A stretch of 64,000 nucleotides of DNA from Podarcis bocagei (taxonomy: Eukaryota). The translations under genes were made by a program, and so were the position numbers. Every line of letters begins with the position of its first letter. The first letter of the stretch is position 1. Below, one piece after another: positions 61,401-64,000 of the stretch. The notes below the pieces were generated by a model, which saw nothing but the letters and a program-made list of their open reading frames with translations, did not search any database and was not told where the DNA came from. The stretch is from assembly GCA_964188305.1 (NCBI GenBank), contig OZ076890.1. One strand, written 5' to 3'.

Positions 61401-63035
61401 CATGTGGATACATGCATGGTCTGAGACTGGGAGTGGACTTCTTTACCCAAGAGGCAGATCAAGATTTGGATCAAAGCTAGTTTGGGGTAAAACACACTTT
61501 CACAAGAAACTACAGGACAGATGTGTGTTGTGGCTAACATATTATGTGCATGGCTTCTCAAACAAGTGGTGGCATGTAGAGTACATTTCATGACCATGGA
61601 GGAAGACCAGACACAAAACTGCTACTTTCAGTGAAATCCCCATGTGTCCAGTAATCTCTATTTCTGCCATCAGTGGCTCAGAAATATTAGTTCAGAAAAA
61701 GCATATTCTTTCAGAAATGTTTAGAGTTGGGAAGGTGGCTATCTTCAGAAGACAAGCTTGATCACAGCTTGTGAAAACAAAGAGCTTGTATACCTTAGAA
61801 TTCCAGGTATACATTCATGTGTAAATATGTTGGTTAAATGAACCTTGATTCAAACAGAAGTGTGTGTTAATTGACTACAGAATGTGATGAAATAAAGATT
61901 AGCATATCTTCAGAAACAGGCCCTCAATTAAAAGCTGCTGGAATTCACAAGAATTGTTACCCCCAAACAATTATTCAAGCACTTTAGACTCTCTGTGAAT
62001 TCTTAGGAGGAGGTGCTTGTGATTCTGAAGTGTGGTAAAAGAAAGAAAAATACATCTCTTGCTGTAATTTTAACTAATGACATTTTCTGAAAGTGTTAGG
62101 ATTGTACCCAACAGTTTGCTCCAGAAATTAAGTCACTGTTTATGCAGTGCTAGGGTAACTGTTACATCAATGAGCTGGAATTGAGATAACACTTGCTTTA
62201 TCTTTACTGTTATATAGTTCAAGATTAGACCAACTTTAATGTGATGAAAGCAAACAGATATAATGTTCGTTTTAAAATTAAAATATTAGTCAGGAAATTA
62301 AGATGATGTCAACAGCAATGAAGTTGTTTTGTCCTTTAATTATCTTTCTCACCTTGGGAAATGAAAAAAAAAACACAAAAAAAAGTAAACAACAACATCG
62401 TGAAGAGGAAGCCATACAGAGGATGTATGACAATAGCACTTTCAAGAAAAAACAAGTTATGGAAGGAACAAACAATGCAGCATATTGCTGCATGTAATGC
62501 AGAACTGAAGCTAAACAGCGCACTGCCTGAGACCTGATTCAGCAGTTCATGGTATGGCAAGCCAAGGGGGCCTCTCCTTCCCCCAGCTCTCATAGGCCTG
62601 GAGATGCCAGGGATGAGCTTTTATGCTGGCCAATTAACAGTAGTTTCATGTTGGAGTTGGTGGTGTGCCACCCAGTTCTTCATTTGGTTCTGGTTCATGT
62701 TGTCAAGGTCGAGACATGAATACTTTTGAATGGCTTCTGGAGAATCTAGTGACTTTTGTCTCTTGCAACTTCATCATCCCCAGCATGCCCAGAGAGAACT
62801 GGTGAAACTGGAATTATCCTTCTCATCTGAGCCACATGTTGATGCAACATATGGCCATCGGGAGTTTGAGCCCTGCAGTACAATGGTCCTATAGCTTGGG
62901 TCACGTTGGCAGGATTCCGTGTAATACTAAGACTTACACAGTAAGTTCCTAACTTACACAGGGTCTTCTGGGACAAACACATGGGCAAGTCTTTGAACTA
63001 CAGCTGACTCCCTTGGGCAGTCAGGTCAGGGTGTA

Positions 63036-63104
63036 TATAGTCAAACAGAGCTGTTATATGTCATTTCAGCTCTGTTATAGTCAAACAGAGCTGAAATGAC
63101 ATAT
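63036..63104. repeat. Perfect 21-bp inverted repeat overlapping an 18-bp direct repeat
   Basis: 63056-63076 pairs with 63084-63104; tatagtcaaacagagctg at 63036-63053 and 63076-63093. Confidence 0.9.
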
Positions 63105-63332
63105 TGATCAGTCTATTGTGTAGGAACTCTCCCCCCCCCCCCATTTTCTGATACCATGGTGCTTTGGCAGCCTGCGTGTTGCACAAAATATGCTTTAGGT
63201 TTTTATAGCAAGGGGTGTTATTGCTGAAAAACTACTTCCAAACAATAATCAAAATGGTCTGTCGCTTCAAGGGGCCAGCAAAGTCAATATGAAGTTGTGA
63301 CCATGGTGTACTGGGGCATACCATTGTGTTGG

Positions 63333-63487
63333 CAGTGGCGTAGCATGGGGGGTGCAGGGGGCCGGCCACACTGGGTGCAACATCTGGGGGGGGGGCGCAG
63401 AAGAGACTCGAGTGCTAAAATCCACGGGTTAGGGGGCGCAAATTACTTGCCTTGCCCCGGGTGCTGACAACCCACGCTACACCACTG
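63333..63487. mobile_element. hAT-type MITE
   Basis: TIRs cagtggcgtagc / gctacaccactg; TSD imperfect (tgtgttgg / tgtgggta). Confidence 0.7.
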
Positions 63488-64000
63488 TGTGGGTATTGAA
63501 GCCTGACGCTTTTGTCACACCTCTTCAATTTCACTGTTCACACAGCTATCTATGCCCGAGGGCCTTCATTTGCAGTACACCAGGTTGTCCAGTGTAGAGC
63601 CCCCAACACACAATCTCTCAAAAAAAGTGGGAATAACAACTCTATTTTCCCACAGGAGGTATCCTTTGTGCACTGATAGTTCACATTGTTTGGATACAAA
63701 TGGTCTGAATTGCTGCTCAAGCTACCCTGATGACCATCCAGTCTACAATCAAATGAAAACTTGGGCAAGAACCATTAACAAAATACAGTTCTCAGGATTG
63801 TTTGGTAGAAGCCAGGACTGTTTAAAGTTGTATGGTACTGCTTTAAATGCATGGCACTGATGTGGTCCAAGTCTGGAAAGTTCTGGCATCCTCTAGTATT
63901 CTTAAGTTAAGGTAGAAGTGGAAGTAGTCATAGATATTATCTGCAGTAGACTCAAATACTATAAAAAAGAGAGAGAAAATAAGTCCAAAATCATTTGATA

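Overview
AT-rich vertebrate genomic DNA. The repeat content points to a squamate, most likely a lacertid lizard: Bov-B RTE, Sauria/Squam1 and Squam3-like SINEs, tRNA-Lys and tRNA-Ala SINEs with CR1 tails, L2, L1, Penelope, hAT and Tc1/mariner MITEs. I recognise no host protein-coding gene. Every ORF with recognisable homology is transposon-derived (L2 ORF2 41717-44565, Bov-B RT 13143-14700, L1 C-terminus, Penelope GIY-YIG C-terminus), so the window looks like a gene desert or large intron with a few candidate non-coding exons and CNE-like blocks. Notable observations: (1) four related ~0.5-0.8 kb non-coding units (TATA-like box in three, CCCACCC motif, AATAAA; probably DIRS/Ngaro-type terminal repeats), three carrying an ENE-like U-rich internal-loop hairpin with different stem sequences; (2) a Penelope pLTR with a minimal hammerhead ribozyme and a 14-bp TSD; (3) deletion-plus-templated-insertion scars that erase the Bov-B YADD and L2 YRP motifs, and a third scar that makes a perfect 21-bp hairpin; (4) a 36-bp LINE-tail insertion with a 17-bp TSD; (5) several nested insertions with TSDs. 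Family names come from recall, not a database search.
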